Counted from the stretch's first letter, positions 20,503 to 29,801 are shown. The stretch is 64,000 bases of DNA from Desulfurellales bacterium (GCA_027008245.1 JALTCA010000066.1:18688-82687), one strand, 5' to 3'. Made by a program: numbers and translations. Notes: generated by a model from the letters alone, not told the origin.

Positions 20503-21198
20503 ATGCCAAAAATTACTTTATTAGGTCACTCTGCGGTATTATTGGAAGGTAAAAAAACAAAGTGCATCATAGACCCCTTTATAACCGGAAACCCAGATAT
20601 AACATATGACTTAAAACCATCTGATATTAAGGTTGACTATGTAATTGTAACACACGGCCACGGAGACCATCTCGGTGATGCTATTGATATAACAAAAAAC
20701 AACGACGCAACACTCATAGCACCTTATGAGCTTGCTGTATTTTGCCAAAACAAAGGTGTAAAAAAATTAAACCCCATGCACATCGGCGGTTCAAAGAGAT
20801 TTGGTGACGACTTATGGGTAAAATTGACTATTGCACATCACGGAAGCGCATTCGTTGATGACAACGGAAACATAACATACACCGGCAACCCTTGCGGAGT
20901 TGTTGTGGAGCTTGATGGCAAGAAGATTTATCACTCCGGAGACACAGGCCTATTTATGGATATGCAGCTAATCGGTGAACTCGGTTTAGATGTGGCTATG
21001 TTGCCAATTGGCGACAATTTTACAATGGGTCCTCAAGATGCTGCAAAAGCTGTAGAGTTCTTAAAACCAAAAACTGTAATTCCTATGCACTACAGTGCCT
21101 GGGATATTATAAAACAAGACCCGAATGAGTTTGTAAAATTGGTAGGAGACAAGGCAGAAGTTAAAATACTCAAACCCGGAGAATCAACAGAAATCTAA
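20503..21198 (+). CDS. UPF0173 metal-dependent hydrolase (metallo-beta-lactamase fold)
   Basis: LGHS, DPF, THGHGDH, YHSGDT, LPIGDNFTM, IPMHY. Confidence 0.9.
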   Translation: MPKITLLGHSAVLLEGKKTKCIIDPFITGNPDITYDLKPSDIKVDYVIVTHGHGDHLGDAIDITKNNDATLIAPYELAVFCQNKGVKKLNPMHIGGSKRFGDDLWVKLTIAHHGSAFVDDNGNITYTGNPCGVVVELDGKKIYHSGDTGLFMDMQLIGELGLDVAMLPIGDNFTMGPQDAAKAVEFLKPKTVIPMHYSAWDIIKQDPNEFVKLVGDKAEVKILKPGESTEI

Positions 21199-21199
21199 C

Positions 21200-21219
21200 G
21201 GAGGGTCACCCCTCCTTTT
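21200..21219 (+). terminator. Intrinsic terminator
   Basis: GGAGGG-TCAC-CCCTCC followed by TTTT. Confidence 0.65.
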
Positions 21220-21475
21220 ATTTTTGAAGCACAACGTTTAAAAAAAGAATCAGAAAAACTACAAAAGATAAAAGGGCTAATTTTTTATTATTTTCCTTTA
21301 AATAGTAGCCTGTCAAATAAAGGAACCCTAAAGCAGGCGAAAAAATCAACAAAAATGCCCCATAACTTGCAATTGAAAAACACCTCAAATTTGCAAAGTG
21401 GCATCCAAATCCCACCGCCATAACAGTAAAACTTAGATAAAACAGTGCTTTAAGTAGAACGCTAAAGAACTTCAT
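21218..21475 (-). CDS. Small membrane protein (DUF1634-like partner of TauE/SafE)
   Basis: 85 aa, three hydrophobic segments, overlaps the TauE stop. Confidence 0.6.
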   Translation of the reverse strand: MKFFSVLLKALFYLSFTVMAVGFGCHFANLRCFSIASYGAFLLIFSPALGFLYLTGYYLKENNKKLALLSFVVFLILFLNVVLQK

Positions 21476-22272
21476 CTTACAGACCTCAAAAACATCTCCA
21501 AAGCTATAACTAAAAGCACAAAGGCAAAAATTTTCTTTAAATCATCGCTTTTTAGTTTAGAATGCAAATATACGCCTACTTTTGCTCCAATATAGGCGCC
21601 AATTAAACTAACAAAAGCGTAAAATGGGTTTAAGCTGCCATGTTTAAAATAAACATAAGCCGATGCAGAGGCTGTAATTCCAATCATAAAGCTACTTGTA
21701 GCAGACGCTACTTTCATCGGCAATTTACACACCTTTGCAAGTATCGGTACCTTTAAAACGCCTCCGCCGATGCCAAACATACCAGACGATATGCCTGCGA
21801 TGAATGATATAGGGTAAGCAAAAAACAAATTTTCTACGTTATAAAAAACCTCTCTGCCTATTTGAGGGTCAAAATATGAATACTTTCCATTAGTTTTATC
21901 AAAGCTATCTTTACCCTTGCCCTTGAGCATCAAAAAAACCACAAAAACTAAAAATATTGAAAAAAGGAGCGTTAAGAGCCTGTGGTTAATATTTAAAGCC
22001 ACAAAACTGCCTGCAATAGCGCCCAATGTTGTTGCAAGCTCAAGCGTAAAACCCAAAGGCAGATTTAGGGCTTTACTCTTTATATGTTTTGAACTCACTA
22101 GCATGCTCAAACCGATAATGGTAAAAAGGCTTATGGCAACGGCCTGTTGGATTTTCATTTTAACAAGCAAAACAAAAAGTGGAACCATCAAAATTCCACC
22201 ACCAATGCCGAGTAATCCGCCAATCGAAGCTGCAACTGAGGTGATCAACAATATATAAACATAATCAATCAT
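21472..22272 (-). CDS. TauE/SafE (TSUP) family sulfite/sulfur-compound exporter
   Basis: Repeated GLLGIGGG / GMFGIGGG motifs, ATSSFMIG. Confidence 0.9.
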   Translation of the reverse strand: MIDYVYILLITSVAASIGGLLGIGGGILMVPLFVLLVKMKIQQAVAISLFTIIGLSMLVSSKHIKSKALNLPLGFTLELATTLGAIAGSFVALNINHRLLTLLFSIFLVFVVFLMLKGKGKDSFDKTNGKYSYFDPQIGREVFYNVENLFFAYPISFIAGISSGMFGIGGGVLKVPILAKVCKLPMKVASATSSFMIGITASASAYVYFKHGSLNPFYAFVSLIGAYIGAKVGVYLHSKLKSDDLKKIFAFVLLVIALEMFLRSVR

Positions 22273-22870
22273 TCTTTTTGCTCCTCAAAAGATATAATAC
22301 ACCAATCAAAAGCAAAATCAACAAAACCGAGGTGTTCACCCTGCTCAAAACAGACGATACGTAATCCCATCTACTTCCAAAAAAATATCCAACACCCACA
22401 TAGGCAATGCCCCAAAGTATTCCGCTTGTTATTGCCCAAATAAAAAATTCAGGTCTATTCATTTTAAAAACGCCTGCCAAAAATGGCACAATAGGTCTCA
22501 ATGCACCAACAAATCTACCAAAAAACACGCTTATACCACCATACTTCCTAAAAAACTCAATACCTCTCTCGATAATTTTTTCATACTTCTTTAAAATAGC
22601 CTTATCCTTTAAATCATCATAAAACCAAATAGCTAAGTAAAAACTTACGATATCGGCAAATACTGCACCCAAAACTGCACTTAAAATGGTTGTATAAATA
22701 TTGATAATACCTTTCGAAGCCAAGTATCCACTGCCTACAGAAAACACCGCACCAGGCACAAACTCACCTAAAAATGCAAACGACTCTAAAAATGAGATAA
22801 GAAAAACCAAACCATATAAAAGCAAATGATTATTTTTTACGGATTCTAAAAAAGCCAAAGTTTCATTCAT
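22265..22870 (-). CDS. DedA family membrane protein
   Basis: FLES...VPG, FFGRFVGALR, AGVFKM motifs. Confidence 0.9.
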   Translation of the reverse strand: MNETLAFLESVKNNHLLLYGLVFLISFLESFAFLGEFVPGAVFSVGSGYLASKGIINIYTTILSAVLGAVFADIVSFYLAIWFYDDLKDKAILKKYEKIIERGIEFFRKYGGISVFFGRFVGALRPIVPFLAGVFKMNRPEFFIWAITSGILWGIAYVGVGYFFGSRWDYVSSVLSRVNTSVLLILLLIGVLYLLRSKKND

Positions 22871-23571
22871 TTTTTGAAATAAAGCAAATACTCTTGATTA
22901 CCCTGTTTCCCCTTAATGGGCGACTTTAACGAGCCTTTGAACTCAAAGCCTAAACCTTTGGCAAACTCAATAAGTTCCTTCATGGTTCTATCCACAATCT
23001 TTTCATCCCTCACAACACCCTTTTTAACATTATCCCTTCCCACTTCGAACTGAGGTTTAAACAGTGCAACAACACCGCCACCTGCTTTCACAAGCTCAAA
23101 AACCTTTGTTAAAACCAATCTCAACGATATGAAACTCACATCTATTGAGGCAAAATCAAACATAATCTCGCATTCAAAACTTCTTATATCGGTTTCTTCA
23201 AATAAAAATACTCGACTATCGCCCCTTAAGCTATCATGAAGCTGACCTTTTCCAACGTCCACAGCATAGACTAATTTAGCACCATTATTTAATAAACACT
23301 GAGTAAAACCACCCGTCGATGCACCAACATCTAAACACATATTGTCTTTAACAGAAATACCAAACCCATTCAGAGCTGCTTCCAGCTTTTCACCTGACCT
23401 ACTTACATACTTTAACTCTTTCAAAATCAATACTTTTTGATTTTCAACGTCTAAAGAAGGCTTGAAAACTACTTTCCCGTCTACTTCAACCAAACCACGT
23501 TTTATCAGCTCAACCGCCCTGCTTCTGCTTTCTGTATAGCCGTTTTTGAAAAGAAATTTATCAAGTCTCAT
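22867..23571 (-). CDS. tlyA: TlyA-family rRNA 2'-O-methyltransferase
   Basis: S4 domain MRLDK, YVSR, DVGASTGGFT, DVSFISL, KPQFE, GNQE. Confidence 0.92.
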   Translation of the reverse strand: MRLDKFLFKNGYTESRSRAVELIKRGLVEVDGKVVFKPSLDVENQKVLILKELKYVSRSGEKLEAALNGFGISVKDNMCLDVGASTGGFTQCLLNNGAKLVYAVDVGKGQLHDSLRGDSRVFLFEETDIRSFECEIMFDFASIDVSFISLRLVLTKVFELVKAGGGVVALFKPQFEVGRDNVKKGVVRDEKIVDRTMKELIEFAKGLGFEFKGSLKSPIKGKQGNQEYLLYFKK

Positions 23572-25632
23572 TTAAGTGCGGTGGGACAGTAGATTTTTCC
23601 TCTTTCTCAAAAGTAAAATCAACTCTTGTGTGCTACCAACTTCCTTTGAGTCAATATGCACAGTTGTAAAACGCAAATTTTTAGGGCAATTTACAATCTT
23701 TTTAACACGGTCAGCCAAATTTAGCAAAAAACTATCAACACTGCTGAGTCGACTTTCGCAAACAAAAACAAATGAGTCACCGCCATACCTTGTAAAATAT
23801 TTGCATCCAAGTTCACTTAAATTTTTAACCGTGTCGGCCACTTTTATCAAAAGCATGTCGCCCTTTTCGCTTCCACACTCTATATTTATGGAATCCATAC
23901 CTTTCACATCAACCATGTAAGCTCTAAAACCATTCCCACCCTTAATCAAGTCGTCCAACTTTCTCAACAACGTTGACCGTGTCAATAAACCCGTCAAGCT
24001 ATCAATATGAGAGAACTTCCTTTTATACTCATCAAACGCTTTAGGTATCAACGAACTCTCACCCAACTCAATCGCCTCTTCGAAACTATCAACTAAAACA
24101 TCCAAAGCTCTATTCAAGATTTTCTTATCGAGATGACCTTCCTCACTAAGCATTATCTCTATTGCCCTTTTAGGCTCAAAAGCCCTTCTATAAGGCCTCG
24201 ATGTTGTGAGCGCGTCAAACACATCGGCCACAGCCAAAATTCTAGCACCCTTGCTGATTTTTTCACACATCAAGCCATCAGGATACCCTCTGCCGTCACA
24301 CCTTTCATGGTGATGCCTAACCATCTTTGCAATAGTCTTTAAATCCTTCAAACTTTTAAATTGGTCTACAATTTTATAAGACAAAACGGGGTGGTATTTA
24401 ATCATCTCATATTCTACATTTGATAATTTTGAGGGCTTCATCAAAACAGCATCCGGCACACCTATTTTGCCAACATCGTGCAAAAGGCCTGCAACGTAGA
24501 TTTTGTCTGCAAATTTCTTATTCAATCCAAGCTTATGGGCAATTCTTTTTGCATAGAATGCAACCCTTTGAGAGTGTCCTTTTGTGTAAACATCCCTCAT
24601 CTCTATTGTCATAACAAAACTATTAATTATTTCCTCTTCATTCTCTGTTACAACCTTGCTTAATCTACTAAACTCAAAGCTCATGCTTAATAACTGGAAT
24701 AGCCTTTTGGTTATCAACTTCACTATATTTACATCATAAAGTGAAAAATACATATCTGTTTGATAACCATAACCAAACACGCCCTCCAACCGCCCATTAT
24801 CCCAAACTGGTACAATGAGAACATTTTTTATACCAAACCGTTTATACACATCCTCTAAACATTTAGGAGATTTATTAGACATACCATAAACAAAAACAGC
24901 TGGAGCTTTTAGTCTTTCTTGATACATTCTGTAAACAAGCAAAGATTCAATATCTTTAGTTTTTCTAAATTTAACAAAACCGGTGTTTTCATCATTCGTT
25001 GCAAAAGAGTAAATACCATATTTTGGATAGATTAAACTTATGGCTTTTGCCTTCGTAAGGTTCATTATTTTTCCTAAATTATTCACAAGCCATACTCTCA
25101 ACGTGTCTTTATCTATACTATCAGGCAAATCAACATCCAGTCTAACAATCTCTTTCTCTAAAAGCTCCCTATAAACAGCATTTTCTATAATTCTTGAAAT
25201 AAAAGGAGAAATAACTTTCATTTTTTCCAAGTCATCATCGCCAAACACCCTTTTTCTTTTGAAAGATTCCAATGCAATTACCGAATTAAATTCTGTGTTT
25301 AGGCTATAGATAAAAACCGACTTTAAGCCAACTTTCTTCCACATAGGGTTAGCAAGTTTATCCTCTTGGTAGTTTTGAACGATGCAATACCCCTTCCTAA
25401 TAGATCTCTCGAAACAAACGTTGTTATGCTTGGTCTGCCTATATAATTTGAGAATATCCAGCGAGTTTTCTTCAAAAAAGGATGAGGTTTTAGCAAAAGT
25501 TATGTCAAAATCCTTTAGAGCAACAACGCTAACAGCGTCTACATTAAAATAGTCCGCAACTCCATCTAAAAATTCGCGCTCAATTCCGCTTTTCATTAAA
25601 AGGTTAATTAATTCTATCAAGCCTTTATCCAT
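23572..25632 (-). CDS. GAF-HD-GYP c-di-GMP phosphodiesterase with C-terminal degenerate GGDEF domain
   Basis: YTKGHSQRV, LLHDVGK, HHERCDGRGYP, DVFDALT; C-terminal DSLTGL...RYGGDSF. Confidence 0.9.
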   Translation of the reverse strand: MDKGLIELINLLMKSGIEREFLDGVADYFNVDAVSVVALKDFDITFAKTSSFFEENSLDILKLYRQTKHNNVCFERSIRKGYCIVQNYQEDKLANPMWKKVGLKSVFIYSLNTEFNSVIALESFKRKRVFGDDDLEKMKVISPFISRIIENAVYRELLEKEIVRLDVDLPDSIDKDTLRVWLVNNLGKIMNLTKAKAISLIYPKYGIYSFATNDENTGFVKFRKTKDIESLLVYRMYQERLKAPAVFVYGMSNKSPKCLEDVYKRFGIKNVLIVPVWDNGRLEGVFGYGYQTDMYFSLYDVNIVKLITKRLFQLLSMSFEFSRLSKVVTENEEEIINSFVMTIEMRDVYTKGHSQRVAFYAKRIAHKLGLNKKFADKIYVAGLLHDVGKIGVPDAVLMKPSKLSNVEYEMIKYHPVLSYKIVDQFKSLKDLKTIAKMVRHHHERCDGRGYPDGLMCEKISKGARILAVADVFDALTTSRPYRRAFEPKRAIEIMLSEEGHLDKKILNRALDVLVDSFEEAIELGESSLIPKAFDEYKRKFSHIDSLTGLLTRSTLLRKLDDLIKGGNGFRAYMVDVKGMDSINIECGSEKGDMLLIKVADTVKNLSELGCKYFTRYGGDSFVFVCESRLSSVDSFLLNLADRVKKIVNCPKNLRFTTVHIDSKEVGSTQELILLLRKRKNLLSHRT

Positions 25633-25639
25633 GCTTTAA

Positions 25640-25667
25640 CTATTACACAAAAAGCATTTTGTGTCAA
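25640..25667 (-). promoter_or_regulatory. Promoter with embedded palindromic operator upstream of the HD-GYP gene
   Basis: TTGACA-N16-TAATAG; perfect ACACAAAA-N4-TTTTGTGT at 25645-25664. Confidence 0.5.
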
Positions 25668-25832
25668 TTTAAACGCTTAGCCAATATCATTTCACACTGC
25701 CGTATTAGTTTATTTTTTTAAAAAAGCTTAAAAAATGTTGACTTATTTATTTTTTTATATAAAATTAAGGTTGTGAAATCACTTTTTAAGGGGGTGAAAC
25801 AGAGAAAAAGGTTGAAAAAAGTACGAAAAGAC

Positions 25833-25861
25833 TTGACAAAGAATGGAAGTGGGCTTATTAT
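25833..25861 (+). promoter_or_regulatory. Sigma70 promoter of porin paralogue 1
   Basis: TTGACA-N17-TATTAT. Confidence 0.75.
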
Positions 25862-25906
25862 GTCACGCGATGAATTAAGGAAAAACTTTGTAAGGAGGTT
25901 TTAAGC

Positions 25907-27220
25907 ATGAAAAAAAGGTTGATTTCATTGGTAGCAGCAGCAGCATTGGTAGGTGGTGTAGCTGTAGCAGGCGCTCCACAGGTTGCAAAGGCCGGAACGG
26001 TAACAGTAAAGGGTGATACGCAGGCTACGTTGTATGGCTTTGTATGGGCAGAGTATAACTGGGCAAACAAAATTGAACCTGGCCTCTTCGGGGAAACAGG
26101 TGCTGACTATGCGAATATGCCGATGCCTGAAGATGCTAAAAATTACACTACAGCCAAGAAAACAAATGCTAGTGCCGACAGCTGGGTAACGAGGATTGGC
26201 TTTGCTTTCAAAAATGAGGATGCAGGACTTACAGGAAGAATAGAAGGCGGTTTCTTTCACGGAACGAACTTTAGGCTAAGAAGAGGTTACGTACAGCACA
26301 ATTTTGATAATTTCTACGTACTCGTTGGCCAAGAGTGGATTTTGGAAGAAAACTTCGCTTCTATAAGTGCAGGATTTACACCGCCAGTTGGTTGGGATGA
26401 AGGAATTTTAAGGGTTCCACAAGTAAAAATTGGAACAAAGATGGATCTTGGCAGTGCGAACCTAGACTTTGCCATAGCTTTTGAATGGGGTAACAAAGCG
26501 GCAGTTTCATCTTCGAAGGCAAATAATGCATTAGAAGTAAACAGATATACCGTACCAACTACAGCTGCTAGGGCTATCTTGCACTTTGACACAGGTTTCG
26601 GCGCACCAGCTAAATTCTACGCATGGGGTGCAATGATACCTGTATATGTATCCAACAAAGCTTATGTGAAAGCGGGAGCCGTTTATTCCCTTGATAACAC
26701 TACAGGAAAAATTGAGCCTGATGCTGCCCACAAGGTAGCAGCAGGTAGTTTAGTCTCAGATAAATCTGAAACATCATATGCATTTGGTTTAGGCATAAAA
26801 GTTCCTGTATCTATGGTTACTATTGGAGCAAATTATGAATATTCCGATGGTGCTACCAATTATGCAGGAGCAACTTCTTATCAACCAGCAAGTTATTATG
26901 TCGATAACAAGGGTGGCGTGCAAGATACTGAAATGTATGCATATAATGTAAATCTTACTGTAGCACCAATGCCATGCGTAGCCGTTGGAGCTGAGTATGA
27001 TTATGCAGAATTTAAAAACAACGATATATTTACGAATGGCGATAAGCCAGATGTAAAGACAATTGTAGGCAACGTAAAAGTTAAAACAACTAAACACACA
27101 ACTTTAGTGCTGGAATGGAGACACTTTAAAGCTGAAGATTTCAATGCACTTCCAACTGGCACGGCTGATGACAGCTTTAGCGGCAACCAGGTGTTTGTAC
27201 GCTATATGTACGTATTCTAA
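25907..27220 (+). CDS. Outer-membrane beta-barrel protein / putative major porin (DcaP-like), paralogue 1
   Basis: Signal peptide, LYGF, FRLRRGYV, LVGQEW, RVPQV, C-terminal beta-signal YMYVF; AAGGAGG RBS. Confidence 0.75.
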   Translation: MKKRLISLVAAAALVGGVAVAGAPQVAKAGTVTVKGDTQATLYGFVWAEYNWANKIEPGLFGETGADYANMPMPEDAKNYTTAKKTNASADSWVTRIGFAFKNEDAGLTGRIEGGFFHGTNFRLRRGYVQHNFDNFYVLVGQEWILEENFASISAGFTPPVGWDEGILRVPQVKIGTKMDLGSANLDFAIAFEWGNKAAVSSSKANNALEVNRYTVPTTAARAILHFDTGFGAPAKFYAWGAMIPVYVSNKAYVKAGAVYSLDNTTGKIEPDAAHKVAAGSLVSDKSETSYAFGLGIKVPVSMVTIGANYEYSDGATNYAGATSYQPASYYVDNKGGVQDTEMYAYNVNLTVAPMPCVAVGAEYDYAEFKNNDIFTNGDKPDVKTIVGNVKVKTTKHTTLVLEWRHFKAEDFNALPTGTADDSFSGNQVFVRYMYVF

Positions 27221-27244
27221 GAAAAGTACAATTTAAATGCTGCT

Positions 27245-27282
27245 AACCCGTGGACTCTGAGTCCACGGGTTCTTTTATTTTT
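27245..27282 (+). terminator. Strong intrinsic terminator after porin 1
   Basis: AACCCGTGGACTC-T-GAGTCCACGGGTT followed by CTTTTATTTTT. Confidence 0.85.
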
Positions 27283-27469
27283 CCTTAACCGCAATTTAAA
27301 ATAAATTTTACAAACATAGATTATAACCTCCCCAGAAATTTATGAAGGGGAGGTAAAGTATGAAGAAAAAACTACTTTCTTGTAAGAACCGTGGCTGTCC
27401 TTTTTTGTTTTGTATTTTAACCAATACTCCATACTTCCATATTGCAGTTAAAAATACAGAACAAAAGAC

Positions 27470-27498
27470 TTAACAAATCAAAACACAAGTTATATTAT
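27470..27498 (+). promoter_or_regulatory. Sigma70 promoter of porin paralogue 2
   Basis: TTAACA-N17-TATTAT in the same context as the porin 1 promoter. Confidence 0.6.
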
Positions 27499-27532
27499 TG
27501 TAGTTAACAGAAAACATTTGGAGGGAATTATC

Positions 27533-28843
27533 ATGAAAAGATTCATATTTACGGTTGCAACTTTAACGTTGGCTTTTACGCCTTTAGCTACACATGCCGC
27601 TTCTCTAACCACCAAAGGCTCAACACAAGCCACAATCCACGGTTTTACTTATACTGAGTTTGCATGGGATAAACAGACAACAGGCCTGCCAGACCTATCA
27701 AACATGCCAGAGCCCGATCCAAACTCATCTGCCAAATACAACACACCTTTATACAAAAACACATATAACGAAGTAAACTCACAGGCAGAATCTTGGCTAA
27801 CAAGGATTTATCTTGGGTTTAAAAATCCTGATGCAGGAGTTAAAGGCTTAATCGTGGGGGATTTTAAGGGAAAATCCGACGATGGAAACAGAGGCAGTTT
27901 CAGAATGAGACAGGCATGGGTTGAGCATGATTTGAATAATTTTAAAATTAGAATAGGCAAGGCGTATATACTGGAGGAGATATTCTCATCTATTAGTCTG
28001 GCTTCAATTAAACCTGCAGGCTTTCAGGATATAAAGATGAAAAGAGTACCGCTTGTCAGGGTCAGTAAAGCCATAAATCTGGAAAAAGCCAGCATCAGCT
28101 TTGCACTTGCATTTCAATCAGGAAACAAGTTAGCGGTCAGTTCAGGCAAAGACACAAAAAACAACGCTCTATTTGTTGATAGATACACAATTCCATATCC
28201 CGCAGCAAGAGTAGTTGCAACGTTTGACACAGGTTTTGGTGCACCAACAGAGGTTTACACATGGGGAGTAGTTATACCAGTGTATGTTTCAAATAAAGCT
28301 TTTGTCAAAGATGGAGCCGTTTATACACTTGATAACACTACAGGAAAAATTAAACCAGATTCCACTCACAAAGTTGCAGAGGGTAGTTTAGTTTCTGACA
28401 AATCTGAGGTTTCTTATGCATTTGGCGTAGGACTGAGATTGCCTGTTTACACATTTAAGTTAGGTTTCAACTACCACCACACTGACGGTGCAACAGGCTA
28501 TTCAGGTTTAACAGACTTCGAACCTGCAAGCTACTACTTAAGCAAAAACGGCGGAATAGAGAAAACCTCAACAAACACATTCAACATAAATGTCGTTTTT
28601 AAGCCAACAAAATCAATTTCTTTTGGTGGTGAGTACGACCATATGAAATTTGATAGCAACATCTTTCCATCTGATCCAAAAGTGGAGACATTGATAGGCA
28701 ATGTAAAGATAAAGACCACAAAAGTTACCATGCTTGGTATTGAGTGGAGACACATAAAGGCAAAGAATTTTGATGTTGTTGGCGCGGGAGATGATGAGTT
28801 TTCAGGAGACCAAATATATGCAATTTACAAATACCTATTCTAA
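27533..28843 (+). CDS. Outer-membrane beta-barrel protein / putative porin, paralogue 2
   Basis: Aligns end to end with 25907-27220; C-terminal YKYLF; start at ATG 27533 after GGAGGG. Confidence 0.75.
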   Translation: MKRFIFTVATLTLAFTPLATHAASLTTKGSTQATIHGFTYTEFAWDKQTTGLPDLSNMPEPDPNSSAKYNTPLYKNTYNEVNSQAESWLTRIYLGFKNPDAGVKGLIVGDFKGKSDDGNRGSFRMRQAWVEHDLNNFKIRIGKAYILEEIFSSISLASIKPAGFQDIKMKRVPLVRVSKAINLEKASISFALAFQSGNKLAVSSGKDTKNNALFVDRYTIPYPAARVVATFDTGFGAPTEVYTWGVVIPVYVSNKAFVKDGAVYTLDNTTGKIKPDSTHKVAEGSLVSDKSEVSYAFGVGLRLPVYTFKLGFNYHHTDGATGYSGLTDFEPASYYLSKNGGIEKTSTNTFNINVVFKPTKSISFGGEYDHMKFDSNIFPSDPKVETLIGNVKIKTTKVTMLGIEWRHIKAKNFDVVGAGDDEFSGDQIYAIYKYLF

Positions 28844-28880
28844 AAAAGAAAAAGCCCCTCAAAGATTACAAGAGGGGCTT
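28842..28880 (-). terminator. Intrinsic terminator after speE (possibly bidirectional)
   Basis: AAGCCCCTC-N11-GAGGGGCTT with a T-tract on the minus strand. Confidence 0.65.
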
Positions 28881-28884
28881 ATAT

Positions 28885-29748
28885 TTAATCATTCTCCAAA
28901 ATCTCTCTCACATAGTTTGGCAAAACAAACGCTGCTTTGTGGATTTCGGGATTGTAGTATTTAAGCTTTAAATTTAGTTTTTCGAATCTCTCCTTATCAA
29001 ATCTCTCCATCGGATGTTTATCACCCTTCCAAGCAATGGAAAAAGCCCAACAGCCTGAAGGATAGGTAGGAATAGCAGCTTGATAAATAGTCGCTTTATC
29101 CTTGCCAAACGCCTTTCTCATGTTGTTAACAGATCTCATCATCCATTTTGCATCATAGTATGCATTTTCAGCCTGCGCTACAACTATCCCACCATCACGC
29201 AAGATGTTTTTCACATTAGAATAGAATTCAGAGTTAAATAATCCCTCTGCAGGACCAAATGGGTCTGTTGAATCAACAATAACAACATCGTAAAGATTAG
29301 CTTTTTCTTTCACATATTGAATGCCATCGCCAATAATCAAATTCACATTATCCTGTTTAAAGCCGTTACCCACAAATGGTGTATATTCCATTGAATTTTT
29401 AGGCACAATCTCGTCTATCTCTACATCATCAATTCTTTCAAGGTATGTATGCCTCGATACTTCCCTTGCGCTTCCGCCGTCTCCACCACCGATAATCAAA
29501 ACGCTTTTTGGATTTTCATGGGCAAATAGCGGAAGATGGGTTATCATTTCATGATAAACAAACTCATCTCGTTCCGTATACATTATAAATCCATCAAGTA
29601 ACATAACTCTGCCGAATTCGTAAGTATCCAAAATATCAAGTCTTTGCAAATTGCTGTATTCTGTATGTAAAACCTCTTTTACCTTAAACGTGAAACCGCA
29701 GTTGTCTGTGTATTTCTCAGTAAACCACAATTCTGGATTAAAAGGCAT
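28885..29748 (-). CDS. speE: Polyamine aminopropyltransferase (spermidine synthase)
   Basis: YHEMI, IIGGGDGG, VDSTDP, PTYPSG. Confidence 0.95.
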   Translation of the reverse strand: MPFNPELWFTEKYTDNCGFTFKVKEVLHTEYSNLQRLDILDTYEFGRVMLLDGFIMYTERDEFVYHEMITHLPLFAHENPKSVLIIGGGDGGSAREVSRHTYLERIDDVEIDEIVPKNSMEYTPFVGNGFKQDNVNLIIGDGIQYVKEKANLYDVVIVDSTDPFGPAEGLFNSEFYSNVKNILRDGGIVVAQAENAYYDAKWMMRSVNNMRKAFGKDKATIYQAAIPTYPSGCWAFSIAWKGDKHPMERFDKERFEKLNLKLKYYNPEIHKAAFVLPNYVREILEND

Positions 29749-29762
29749 TTCAACCTCCGCAC

Positions 29763-29801
29763 AAAAAAATAGGGCTATGAGTTTTTGAAACCCATAGCCC
29801 T
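29763..29801 (-). terminator. Intrinsic terminator-like hairpin after the oor operon
   Basis: AGGGCTATG...CATAGCCCT inverted repeat with an A7 run on + (U-tract on -). Confidence 0.6.
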
